A stretch of 64,000 bases of DNA, taken from the NCBI RefSeq assembly GCF_000143415.4, contig NW_003314350.1:186001-250000 (forward strand), read 5' to 3'. Below are positions 35,101 through 47,276 of this stretch, piece by piece. The number at the start of each line of letters is the position of its first letter. Position 1 is the first letter of the stretch. The stretch is from Selaginella moellendorffii (lineage: Eukaryota; Plantae; Lycopodiophyta). Both the position numbers and the translations under genes were made by a program. Below the pieces are notes generated by a model that was not told the DNA's origin, ran no database searches, and was given only the letters and a program-made list of their open reading frames with translations.

Positions 35101-36992
35101 TGAAATAGATCATTTGAAGTAAACATTTGAAGAAAGGTGATGGCCATCAAGCCATATACACGGTCAATGAGAGCATCGTCCATTGTTACGTGCTGTGTTG
35201 AGTTGCTATAAGTGGATATCAACCGACCATGTACACATATAACCATGAAAAAAGGATGGTCATTGTTGCACTCAATGCAGTGTCCAATCTGCAAGTTAAT
35301 CCTAGATAGCCAAAATTTGTGGCAAACACACCAGCCCAAGGACACAGAGATGTCTTGAGAGGCAAAAGGAATTAAGCATCCCTTTATCTTAAATGAATAA
35401 ATATAAGCCATTGAACAAATAAATATGACATACATACCCCATTAAAGTCTCTTTGATACATAGAAGTTATGGATTTCAAGTGGTCATGAATTGCATTCCA
35501 TGGTGCTAGTCCAGGCACATTGTAAACTATAGTTGGAGGTCCAATCTTGGAAATATTATGATCACTTGTTCCTTCGATGTCGTGAAATATTTTGAGTGGC
35601 ATGTGACGTCCAAACCATTCTGATTTGACTTTATGATACACGAAAGACATACATGCTGCAACTTGAACCAGAGTATGGTAGTTATTATTAACAGCTGTAT
35701 TGAAAGCTCAAGCATACCTTGTAAATATACTCAAAGTCGTTAGCATGTTTCTGCTCTGCTCATTTAGGTCAACTGAGGAAGTATGCTGCAACAGTGCAAA
35801 ATGCTGATCATGTGGTTTCTAGCATGAGATCATGCAAAAGAACCAAGTTGGATATAGGAATTATATCAAGCATAGGTGGCCTCAGTGGTGGGAACTCACA
35901 AACCAGGGAGGAAGCAATAATATCAATAGCAAATCTAAAGGAATAGACCACCAAACATATCAGCAATATGTTGAGAAAGAGAAGCTGTAGCAATATGAAC
36001 ACCACCAATATCAGTGAAGTCAACATTGGGGGAGGTGGTAGAGCTAGTTCTCCACAAGCTGTTGCAGAAGCCATCATAAGTTCCATAGCAAGATAGGGTG
36101 TATAGTAGCAATGGCGAGCTCCAGATAGCAGCTGCAAGTTAGCAATTTGATCCACTAAAGAATGGCCACTGGTTTGAAAATGCTACTTGTAATAGAACAC
36201 CACAGATTATCTTGTGATATGTCACTAATGTCACGCTTTGCTGTGTCAAAAAATAGTAAGAAAATATCACCCAAAAAATGTTTTTTTACATAGTGCTACC
36301 ATTGAATCAAAAGTTGAAGTGAAGTAATCCACATGTAGTTTCGTAAGAATTTTGTAAGAAACCATGTTAAGAGAAAACCATGTACCTGTTGAAATAAATG
36401 CCATCACAGTGGTAAGTGTTGCATGGTTGGCATGAAATAAACATACCACTAATGTCAAGTATGCTATTAGAACTTTTGCCAACTAAAATGCAAATTAAAA
36501 TATCATTTGAAAGAAAAAGTGTAGCATACCACTATTGTGAGGAGCACCACTTGACTTTACATTAAATTTGATTAATCAAAAAAGCAAAAATGTCAGTAAT
36601 ACATACTAGGAATGTTGTGGTGCTTGGTGACATTAGGTTTCGTTGCAACACAGTTCACAGCTGCGTCATTATTATCCCCAAGCTCAGTGGTTGCTATAGC
36701 ATTCTTACAATGTTAAAGGAAAGTTTTGGTTATAATGGAAATTATACCTGGGTGTAAGTTCAAGAACTTGCTACATACATTGTCAAGAGTTTGATCTGAT
36801 GAATGAGACTTGCTATTGTGAACCTCCTGAACCTGTGATGTGCTAGAAATGTAGTCAACTGCATCATCACTTGAAGACGACAGACTAAAACAAAGAAGAA
36901 CTTTTGGAATGTTGAAAGCCTAAAAAACATATGGTAAATGGGACCAATGCATGTACTAATATTGACACATTGCATGGAGGCAGCCATTGCTG
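32150..36992 (-). pseudogene. Decayed multi-exon gene of unknown family (possibly TE-derived), repeated in each unit
   Basis: Minus-strand coding-like fragments are bounded by GT/AG sites, e.g. SSSDDAVDYISSTSQVQEVHNSKSHSSDQTLDNVCSKFLNLHP, MDDALIDRVYGLMAITFLQMF, LELEEDEEAQDEEAVFLDLEFPHDG and WRYAISEIDGYVQVKGNQLVEASLH. They are broken by many stops, frameshifts and unit-specific deletions. Confidence 0.55.
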
Positions 36993-37054
36993 TTGCAGAA
37001 GAATGATCTGAACAATCCAAAGAGTAGCAGCAGCAACACTGCAGCCTGATGCAT
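36993..37054 (-). pseudogene. 5' fragment of the MES gene (first ~21 codons)
   Basis: Matches 29799-29860 (MHQAAVLLLLLFGLFRSFFCN), then switches to spacer sequence. Confidence 0.85.
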
Positions 37055-38025
37055 CTCCTTAGTGCACTCACCGAGATTCTCACCAAATTGGAGAAGCTGA
37101 ACAAGCTGCTGCTTACCGTTGAATCAAAGGGCAATTGCTACACCAAGCAACCATGCGCTTGCCATGTTTGGGGACAACATTACTGTTGCAATTACTCTTA
37201 ACCAAGCTTGTGCTGTTAAGCTTCAAGAGACCCTCGTGGTAGTAAGAAGCTGCCAAATCACATCAAGTCACAGTTACCCAATGTCCAGGTCAACAGCCTT
37301 CTTGATGGGCGGCCAGGCCTGAATCGAGCTTCACCCTCGAGCAGCCCACTCCATGGATCTAGCTGCTAGTGATGTCATCCATCCGGCATGGCCGCTCCAA
37401 GAGCTTTATACCAAATGCATAGAAGTTGATCTATAATAACCATGACTTTAAATTGAAAAATAAATAATATAAAAGAAAATCAACTTGACCATATACCTTT
37501 TAGAAAATTCTACATTATTCATTACAATAAAAATACATTATTTATTTAAATCTCTTTATAAATATGAATAAACCGAGAAATTATATTATATGGTATTTCT
37601 TGAAATTATGCTAGATTAAACTTTATATTAGTTTAAGAGAAACAACTTTGGTAAATAACGAATATACTAATTTAAATATAGTTTATCTCTGGTTTCTACT
37701 GCATCTTTTGTAATTAAGGAACCAGAATCCAGTTCTAAACGTGAAACGTTCAAGTTGGTAGGACCGATAAATTGCATGGACCAGATAACTGTATGGAAAA
37801 CGTGCAGCGTATAAAACAACAACATTTCTCTACAAGCATGTGGCTATGTGTGTAACGTACAGAATACAGATCACATGGAAATAAGAAACGTGAAATATGA
37901 TCTCTAATAGCTCTGATAGTATAAAAGACCCTTCTCCAGCCTCTGTTTCCTCAACCCACAGAGGAGTAGAAAACATTCTCCAATCAAGTTGATCAGATCG
38001 ATCAAACAGTTTTCACCATTTCGAA

Positions 38026-39069
38026 ATGGCTGCAATCGTGTTGATGATTGCGTTTCTCGTGATGGCTGCAGCATGGAAGATGGTGTGTATCCGCAAGAGA
38101 GAAGAGAGGGCACGATTTCTAGCGTCGCTCCACCCCGTGAGAGATGCACACAAGATCTTGTGGTACATGTACTCGGTGGAATTCCCCTTCCTCTCGCAAA
38201 AGGCGCTCGAGTTTGGCACAATCCGCACGCTCGGCATCCCGGGGATCACAAATCTGCTCTTCAAGACCAAGTACGGCCTCAAGGATCCGCAGAAGCGCGC
38301 CGCCGAGACCAACATTCTGGTGAGCGAGATGATCCACCACCACGTCGACAGCGATCGCGGCTCATACGCGGTGAGGAGATTGAATGGAATCCACAACAAA
38401 TTCAAGATCCCAAACGACCAATTCGCCTACGTCCTCTGCCTCAACGTGGTCAGCCCCATTGATTTCTCCGAGAGATTTGGATTCCGCAAGTGGACCGACA
38501 ACGAGAAGGAGGCCGCGTATGTTGTGTGGCACGACGTGGGCGTGAGGATGGGCATCACAACCATCCCAGATAGCATTCCAGAGATGCGGGAGTACATTCG
38601 CGATTACGAGGCCAAGAACGCCATCTTCACGGACAAGAACAAGAGCATCGTCCAGGATCTCAAGCATCTGGTGCTGGATGCATTTCCTCGCCCCGTGCAG
38701 CCGCTGGTCGAGACTGGGATCTGTGCACTCATCGATCCCACAATCAGGAGCGCTGTTGGATTGGAAAAGCCTCCAGCAATTGTGGAGTGGATCATCTTGG
38801 GTGCGTTCAAGCTTCTGGCCGGGAACTTCGTGTCCGCGTTCTTGCCTCCCAGACGTGTGGAGGATGCAAAGGGCAGCATTGAGGTGGACTGGTGTCCTAA
38901 TCCCGCTGCCAATCCGGAGGATTACCGGCAGCTCAACGTGAATGTGTATCGGCCACCAGCATTCGAGAAGGGATACAAGCTGGCGGAGCTGGGAGCGCTG
39001 AAATCAGGCAAGCTTGGACCATACTATGATGGAGGCTTGCGCTGCCCCTTCCGGCAAATGCACGCATAG
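38026..39069 (+). CDS. MpaB/DUF2236-like oxygenase, copy 2 (S267N, E299D)
   Basis: Intact 347-aa ORF nearly identical to copy 1. Confidence 0.85.
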   Translation: MAAIVLMIAFLVMAAAWKMVCIRKREERARFLASLHPVRDAHKILWYMYSVEFPFLSQKALEFGTIRTLGIPGITNLLFKTKYGLKDPQKRAAETNILVSEMIHHHVDSDRGSYAVRRLNGIHNKFKIPNDQFAYVLCLNVVSPIDFSERFGFRKWTDNEKEAAYVVWHDVGVRMGITTIPDSIPEMREYIRDYEAKNAIFTDKNKSIVQDLKHLVLDAFPRPVQPLVETGICALIDPTIRSAVGLEKPPAIVEWIILGAFKLLAGNFVSAFLPPRRVEDAKGSIEVDWCPNPAANPEDYRQLNVNVYRPPAFEKGYKLAELGALKSGKLGPYYDGGLRCPFRQMHA

Positions 39070-42000
39070 AATAGGACATTCGTTCGGAGAACAAAGCATC
39101 ATTTAAAAATGATGAATCTTTTTGTAATTTGCAGATAGCACAAAACCATTATTAATAGTACGGGATCCAAACAATTTAGAAACACAGAGACAAAAATATT
39201 GCAGGTTGTAGTTAGAAGTCTAAGTTGACACGCTCGCTTACACCTAAGAGAACGAAAAGCTTGTCAAGCGGAAGGAATAAAGATCAAAAGCTTACCTCCA
39301 CGAGAAAACCTCACGTTAATCCATGGGGCTAGCATGCCCACCATCAGGTGCGAACTACCAAACTTTCCTTCGAGTCCAGCGCCGCACTCACTGGCCAATC
39401 AGGATACCCGAGTACAACTTGAGCTCTCCCACTGAGATGGCTGCAAAGCCGCTTTCAAAGCTCGGCATCCCCCATGCCTGTTCAAGGCAACAGACTTTAA
39501 ACACACGACAAAAACTCACCTTGGAGCAACCGGCCAACAGGGTGCGACCCATCCGGAATCGTAATGTCCTCCGATAACAAGGATGCTCTCCAGGCTGCAA
39601 ACTTATCCCGAACCTCCTGCGTGGTGAAGGCGCGTGTGAACTCTTCCGAGATCGGCTCTGTGGGTGAGTCAGGGAACTAATGCAGAGAAGCTTCAACCAG
39701 CTGGTTTCCCTTGACCTGCACATATCCATCGATCTCAGAAATGGCATATCGCCATTCCCTCATGTCCATGGCATACACAAAACAAACAGAAATTGATTTC
39801 AAAACACGAAACTAGAAACTGGTACATACATGAAGATATGTTGGAGGTCTTGCTTGCTTCCCTAAGCTGGCAGTGATCCACGTACATGAAAACCTGTACC
39901 AGATCTTAGCGCAGATTTCAGATACTAACCAGCTTTACATACCTGTAGCAGATCGCGGTGCTTCACATCAATTCCCAATCTTAGTGTACGCACATCCAGG
40001 ATCGAGGTGGTGAACGCTAGAATGCCTGAATGCCAATCAAGCTCGGCCTGTTCCTCCTCAGAGGAGGTGACATCGTTAGTAGGTTGATCAATGCCATCAT
40101 GTGGAAACTCCAGGTCCAGAAAAACGGCCTCCTCATCCTGTGCCTCCTCATCCTCCTCCAACTCTAAGCCCATTTCTAACTGGAACTCCCCTCACTCTGG
40201 TTCCTGCTCATCGTGCTTACACTCTGCCTTGTACAGCATGAAAAGGGCACATGAACACAAGAGCCTAGAGAAAATGCTTGCCGGCCCTTGTCTTGGAAAA
40301 CCAATGTGGCGTACACATCTTTAACCTCCAACTACACGCACGGCGCTCTCCCTCCTGGAAACACCTTTCGATTATACCTGGAATGTCGAGAAACTTAGAC
40401 ACAAGACAAGGTCGAGAATCCTTACCGATCATAGGGAGGCGTGGCATCTGGTATCTGTTCGATCAGCCCGTACCTCTTCTTAAATTGCTCTTCAGTAATC
40501 TTGCTAGGTGACAGTTGGAATAGTGGTGCTTCTTGCTGTAGCGCTGCGAGTTGTGCTTTGGGAGCAACTCCTTGAGCAGAGCCCTAATGTGTTCCAAAGA
40601 CGAACCAAAACCTGCATCCCTCTGTTTCTTATGAGCTGCCCCCCTCCACCTCTTCTGACTTTGGTGCCTCTCTTTTGGTGATGACGGCATTGCCGTATAT
40701 GATCGCGGTCACGGACTTGCCCCGAGGATGGGTGATTCCACCTCGATTTTCGATCTGACATTGCTTGCCACAATCTACATGGAATCAAGGAGTTTGAAAC
40801 AATGCTTCAGCAAACTCTTAAGCTTTGAAGTGTAGACAAAGTCCATCGAGCTCAAAGAACCTAGACATGAAAGGTTCTTGGAAGGATAGTGAGAACTTGG
40901 ATCGCTGTCACAATCTTGCAATCCTTTGAGACTGCCCAGATGTTCGTTTGGGCAGCTCACAGTGTGGAATAAGTCAAATATTTGTCACCCAGCTCGTCAG
41001 CCAGAGCAACTACCAAACAAGATGGTATTTGAGTGGTCCCAAGGAGACTTGGAACAAGATCTTTCCTAGGAAGTGGTAGACATCCCTAGATTGCAGGAGC
41101 TGTGCTGCTACTTTATGCAAGCTTGTACCCTAGAAAGGTGTAATGAACAAACTTAGTATATCTAATATGTGCAATGCTTCCTTGATATCTTGCTAACACA
41201 GTTCAGTTGCTCTTTGCTTGTGAATGGCAGCTTCACAATGCAAAACAAGCACATGCACATGGCCCAGCCTCACAACACACTGCAGATGCTAATGTGGAAT
41301 CTCACTCACAGGAATGTAGAATCCCCAAGGGTGGGGTGGGGTGAGGCTCAGCCTAACCATCACTCCCCATTGCTTCCCACTTTTATTCTTTAACTTTGAG
41401 ATTCTCGGGATCTCAAGAAATGATCTTGTCCTCATCCTCAAACACCATAAGTAGTTTGCAATGGTGGCAGCCTCCTTGCTTGGGCAAAAGTGGCATGAGT
41501 TACAAGGAAACATACACTTTTACAGTTTTCTTCTTGGTAACCTTAGCTTTAAAAGGGGACTCTATTTGAGATCTGTGACTCACAAAATAATCTTTATAGA
41601 TACAAATTTTCAAACATACATCTTGCAATATAATTGAATTAGTACTTGCCCAGCAAATGTTGGGTGAATATAAAAATAAATTTTATGAGCAAATGTGATA
41701 ATCAGGCGTTGACTGTCCAAGTCTTGAAGAATGTTGTAAGGCTGTGTTTCCAAATTCAGCACGTGTTTCCACTTTTTGTGTAACAGCTTAGCCAGAGTAG
41801 TTATTTTGGGATCAGGGATTGGTTTATCTTGGTTAATTGTAGCTGAAGGATCTAATCTTGGCTGCTTGCTCTCTCTTTTCTCCTTGCGGTTCTTTATACT
41901 GATGCTACTGTGCCCGTGTCATAACTCTAGATTCTAGTGCAGCTTGTTGGATGAAAATTGCATTGCTTTCTACTTGGCTTAAGCTTGTGCAAGCAATTGT

Positions 42001-45000
42001 CCTGCTTGTGGAAGCCTTATGTCTGACAGATGCCACATATAGGCTGGTATTTAATCTGTTTCCTTGGATGCTGGCTCATAGCTCATTGTCTGAACTGGAG
42101 GAGAAAATGAGTGTTGAAAGAAAACTGGTGCTCAAGCCGAAGATGGTGGTGATGATGGCAAGGTTTTGATGTAACTTGCATGGATTGCCAGATTTCCTGG
42201 CTTGCAAAAATAATCTTCCTAGTGATGATTAATTTGCCGAGAATACTAGCACTTGTCTCAATTCATCACTGGTTGTGGACACTTATTTGGGTAGTGTCTG
42301 TAATTGTTGCATCACATACACTAAATGTTTTTTCGCTACTGTATGGCCTACTTTGTGCCCCTCGAACCCAATTCAATTGCAAGTCACTATAGTTGTTGCT
42401 AGATTTAGACCTACACTCATTAAAGCTTGCCATTGTTGTTGTTGCTAGCAGCTATAGTCCATCATCCCAAGGCCTATTCCAAATATTGTTCCAAATACTA
42501 TCAATGAGACAAGGAAAGAGAACACATAGAGAGAAAGGAAGGAGTTGTACTAGCTGGTCTTTGCTAAACATTTGCTACCTTATGGCTGGAATATCTCTAT
42601 GTGCCATTATTAGTTCCTATTGACCAACTCCAAAGCTTTCTACTAGCTACACATACATATTTTATATTATAACACAATACATTTGCATTTTTATTTATTT
42701 TTGTCTTTTTTGGTTTGCTTAAGCAAATTTGTAGAGGAACTGTACCTAGAATATGCTTGAATATTCTACCAGTTATTATTCATTTAGATTAATCTTGTAT
42801 TTATTATTTATAAACATGTTTATAATTTATAAACTTGCTTAAACACTTTCTAGTATATTCTTTTTTATTCTACCATCTAATAGTTGATATGAAATAAGAT
42901 TAATCTTGTGTTTATAAATTATAAACTTTTATTTGATCAATTGAATTAATAGGTAACACTACTATTAAGAAAACCAAGCATTGCTACATGAAACGCATAG
43001 AAAGTTTTTTTTTCTAATAACTGATATTCATGTATTTACCTCGATTTGAAGGCCATAACTTTAGAGATCCCATTTACAGTGGGTGACAAAAGAAAGATGC
43101 CTTCTGGATAAGGATTGTCTTTATAGAGTTTGATGGCCATAGATAAATCAGTTGAAGTAAACATTTGAAGAAAGGTGATGGCCATCAAGCCATATACACG
43201 GTCAATGAGAGCATCATCCATTGTTACGTGCTGTGCTGTCGCTATAAGTGGATATTAACCGGGCATATACACATATAACTATGAAAAAGGATGGTCATTG
43301 TTGCACTTGATGCAGTGTCCAATCTGCAAGTTAATCCTAGATAGCCAAAATTTGTGGCAAACACACCAGCCAAAGGACACAGAGATAGGCAAAAGGAATT
43401 AAGCATCCCTTTATCTTAAATGAATAAATATAAGCCATTGAACAAATAAATATGACATACATACCCCATCAAAGTCTCTTCGATACATAGAAGTTATGGA
43501 TTTCAAGTGGTCATGAATTGCATTCCATGGTGCTAGTCCAGGCACATTGTAAACTATAGTTGGAGGTCCAATCTTGGAAATATTATGATCACTTGTTCCT
43601 TCAATGTTGTGAAATATTTTGAGTGGCATTTGACGTCCAAACCATTCTGATTTGACTTTATGATACACGAAAGACATACATGCTGCAACTTGAACCGGAG
43701 TATGGTAGTTATTATTAACAGCTGTATTGAAAGCTCAAGCATACCTTGTAAATATACTCAAAGTCGTTAGCATGTTTGTGCTCTACTCATTTAGGTCAAC
43801 TGAGGAAGTATGCTGCAGCAGTGCAAAATGCTGATCATGTGGCTTCTAGCATGAAATCATGCAAAAGAACCAAGTTGGATATAGGAATTATATCAAGCAT
43901 AGGTGGCCTCAGTGGTGGGAACTCACAGACCAGGGAGGAAACAATAATATCAATAAAGGAATAGACCACCAAACATATCAGCAACATGTTGAGAAAGAAA
44001 ATCTGTAGTAATATGAACAATATCATTGAAGTCGACATTGGGGAAGGTGGTAGAGCTAGTTCTCCGCAAGCTGTTGTAGAAGCCATCATAAGTTCCATAG
44101 CGAGATAGGGTGTATAGTAGCAATGGCTGAGCTCCAGATAGCAGTTGCAAGTCAGCAATTTGATCCACTAAGGAGTGGCCACTGGCTTTGAAAATGCTAC
44201 TTGTAATAGAACACCACAGATTATCTTGTGATATGTCACTAATGTGACACTTTGCTGTGTCAAAAAATAGTAAGAAAATATCACCCAAAAAATGTTTTTT
44301 TGCATAATGGTAGCATTGAATCAAAAGTTGAAGTGAAGTAATCCACATGTAGTTTCGTTGTTATAAGAATGTTGTAAGAAACCATGTTAAGAGAAAATCA
44401 TGTACCTGTTAAAATAGATGCCATCACAGTGATAGGTGTTGCATGGTTGGCATGAAGTGGAACAATGTTAATATTAGCCAACCTTCCTGCAAGAGTGTTA
44501 GATCATGCTATATCAGTTAAAAAGAGACAAACAAAACTTAATAAACATACCACTAATGTCAAGTATGCTATTAGAAGTTTTGCCAACTAAAATGCAAACT
44601 AAAATATCATTTGAAAGCAAAAGTGCAACATACCACTATTGTCAGGAGCACCACTTGAATTTATGTTAGATTTGATTAATCAAAAAAGCAAAAAATGTCA
44701 GTAATGCATACTAGGAATGTTGTGGTGCTTGGTGACAATAGGTTTTGTTACAACACAGTTCACAGCTGCGTCATTATTATCCCCAAGCTCAGTGGTTGCT
44801 ATAGCATTCTTACAATGTTAAAGGAAAGTTTTGGTTATAATGGAAATTATACCTGTGTGTAAGTTCAAGAACTTGTTACATATGTCGTCAAGAGTTTGAT
44901 CTCATGAATGAGACTTGCTATTGTGAACCTCATGAACCTGTGATGTGCTAGAAATGTAGTCAATTACATCGTCACTTGAAAACAACACTATACTTTCCAT

Positions 45001-45121
45001 TCTTGGTGACAGACAAAAACAAAGAAGAACTTTTGGAATGTTGAAAGCCTAAGAAACATATGGTAAATGAGCCCAATGCATGTACTAATATTGACACGTT
45101 GCATGGAGGCAACCGCTGCTG

Positions 45122-45169
45122 TTGCAGAAGAATGATCCAAAGAATCCAAAGAGTAGCAGCCTGATGCAT
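45122..45169 (-). pseudogene. 5' fragment of the MES gene, frameshifted
   Basis: Matches the MES start with a 14-nt internal deletion. Confidence 0.8.
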
Positions 45170-46232
45170 CTCCTTAGTGCACTCACCGAGATTCTCACCA
45201 AATTGGAGAAGCTGAACAAGCTGCTACTTACCATTGAATCAAAGGGCAATTGCTACACCAAACATATATATTAAAAAAGAGATGTTGGAGCTGTCAACGT
45301 GGAAAGCAAGGGAGCAAACTGTAAGGCGTTTTCTATTATGACTTTCCGATTTATGATAAAATATGGCAATTCCAATTTATTAGAAAGAGTGTCAACCGTT
45401 TGTTCCTAGCTTAGGAAACCCCTAACCATGCGCTTGCCATGTTTGGGGACAACATTACTGTTGCAATTACTCTTAACCAAGCTTGTGCTGTTAAGCTTCA
45501 AGAGACCCTCGTGGTAGTACAGTTACCCAGGTCAACAGCCTCCTTGATGGGCGGCCAGGCCTGAATCCTACAGTGAGAGCAAAGTCAGGATGATGGCAGG
45601 AAAGAAGAACACGAGTTGCTCCATGAAGAATTCCAACCTCAACACCAAATGCATAGAAGTTGATCTATAATAACCATGACTTTAAATTGAAAAATAAATA
45701 ATATAAAAGAAAATAAACTTGACCATATACCTTTTAGAAAATTCTAGATTATTCATTACAATAAAAACACATTATATATTTAAATCTCTTATAAATATGA
45801 ATAAACCGAAAAACGATATTGTATTATTGAAATTATGCTAGATTAAACTGTATACAGAAACAACAAAAAAACTTTGGTAAATAACGAATATACTAATTTA
45901 AATATAGTTTATCTCTGTAATTAAGGAACCAGAATCCTGTTCTAAACGTGAAACGTTCAAGTTGGTAGGACCGATAAATTGCATGGACCAGATAACTGTA
46001 TGGAAAACGTGCACCGTATAAAACAACAAGATTCCTCTCCAAGTATGTGGCTATGTGTGTAACGTACAGAATACGGATCACACGGAAATAAAAAACGTGA
46101 AATGTGATCTCTAATAGCTCTGATAGTATAAAAGACCCTTCTCCAGCCTCTGTTTCCTCAACCCACAGAGGAGTAGAAAACATTCTCCAATCAAGTTGAT
46201 CAGATCGATCAAACAGTTTTCACCATTTCGAA

Positions 46233-47276
46233 ATGGCTGCAATCGTGTTGATGATTGCGTTTCTCGTGATGGCTGCAGCATGGAAGATGGTGTGTATCCG
46301 CAAGAGAGAAGAGAGGGCACGATTTCTAGCGTCGCTCCACCCCGTGAGAGACGCACACAAGATCTTGTGGTACATGTACTCCGTGGAATTCCCCTTCCTC
46401 TCGCAAAAGGCGCTCGAGTTTGGCACAATCCGCACGCTCGGCATCCCGGGGATCACAAATCTGCTCTTCAAGACCAAGTACGGCCTCAAGGATCCGCAGA
46501 AGCGCGCCGCCGAGACCAACATTCTGGTGAGCGAGATGATCCACCACCACGTCGACAGCGATCGCGGCTCATACGCGGTGAGGAGATTGAATGGAATCCA
46601 CAACAAATTCAAGATCCCAAACGACCAATTCGCCTACGTCCTCTGCCTCAACGTGGTCAGCCCCATTGATTTCTCCGAGAGATTTGGATTCCGCAAGTGG
46701 ACCGACAACGAGAAGGAGGCCGCGTATGTTGTGTGGCACGACGTGGGCGTGAGGATGGGCATCACAACCATCCCAGATAGCATTCCAGAGATGCGGGAGT
46801 ACATTCGCGATTACGAGGCCAAGAACGCCATCTTCACGGACAAGAACAAGAGCATCGTCCAGGATCTCAAGCATCTGGTGCTGGATGCATTTCCTCGCCC
46901 CGTGCAGCCGCTGGTCGAGACTGGGATCTGTGCACTCATCGATCCCACAATCAGGAGCGCTGTTGGATTGGAAAAGCCTCCAGCAATTGTGGAGTGGATC
47001 ATCTTGGGTGCGTTCAAGCTGCTGGCCGGGAGCTTCGTCTCCGCGTTCTTGCCTCCCAGACGTGTGGAGGACGCAAAGGGCAGCATTGAGGTGGACTGGT
47101 GTCCTAATCCCGCTGCCAATCCGGAAGAGTACCGGCAGCTCAACGTGAATGTGTATCGGCCACCAGCATTCGAGAAGGGATACAAGCTGGCGGAGCTGGG
47201 AGCGCTGAAATCAGGCAAGCTTGGACCATACTACGATGGAGGCTTGCGCTGCCCCTTCCAGCAAATGCACGCATAG
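46233..47276 (+). CDS. MpaB/DUF2236-like oxygenase, copy 3 (R343Q)
   Basis: Intact 347-aa ORF nearly identical to the other copies. Confidence 0.85.
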   Translation: MAAIVLMIAFLVMAAAWKMVCIRKREERARFLASLHPVRDAHKILWYMYSVEFPFLSQKALEFGTIRTLGIPGITNLLFKTKYGLKDPQKRAAETNILVSEMIHHHVDSDRGSYAVRRLNGIHNKFKIPNDQFAYVLCLNVVSPIDFSERFGFRKWTDNEKEAAYVVWHDVGVRMGITTIPDSIPEMREYIRDYEAKNAIFTDKNKSIVQDLKHLVLDAFPRPVQPLVETGICALIDPTIRSAVGLEKPPAIVEWIILGAFKLLAGSFVSAFLPPRRVEDAKGSIEVDWCPNPAANPEEYRQLNVNVYRPPAFEKGYKLAELGALKSGKLGPYYDGGLRCPFQQMHA

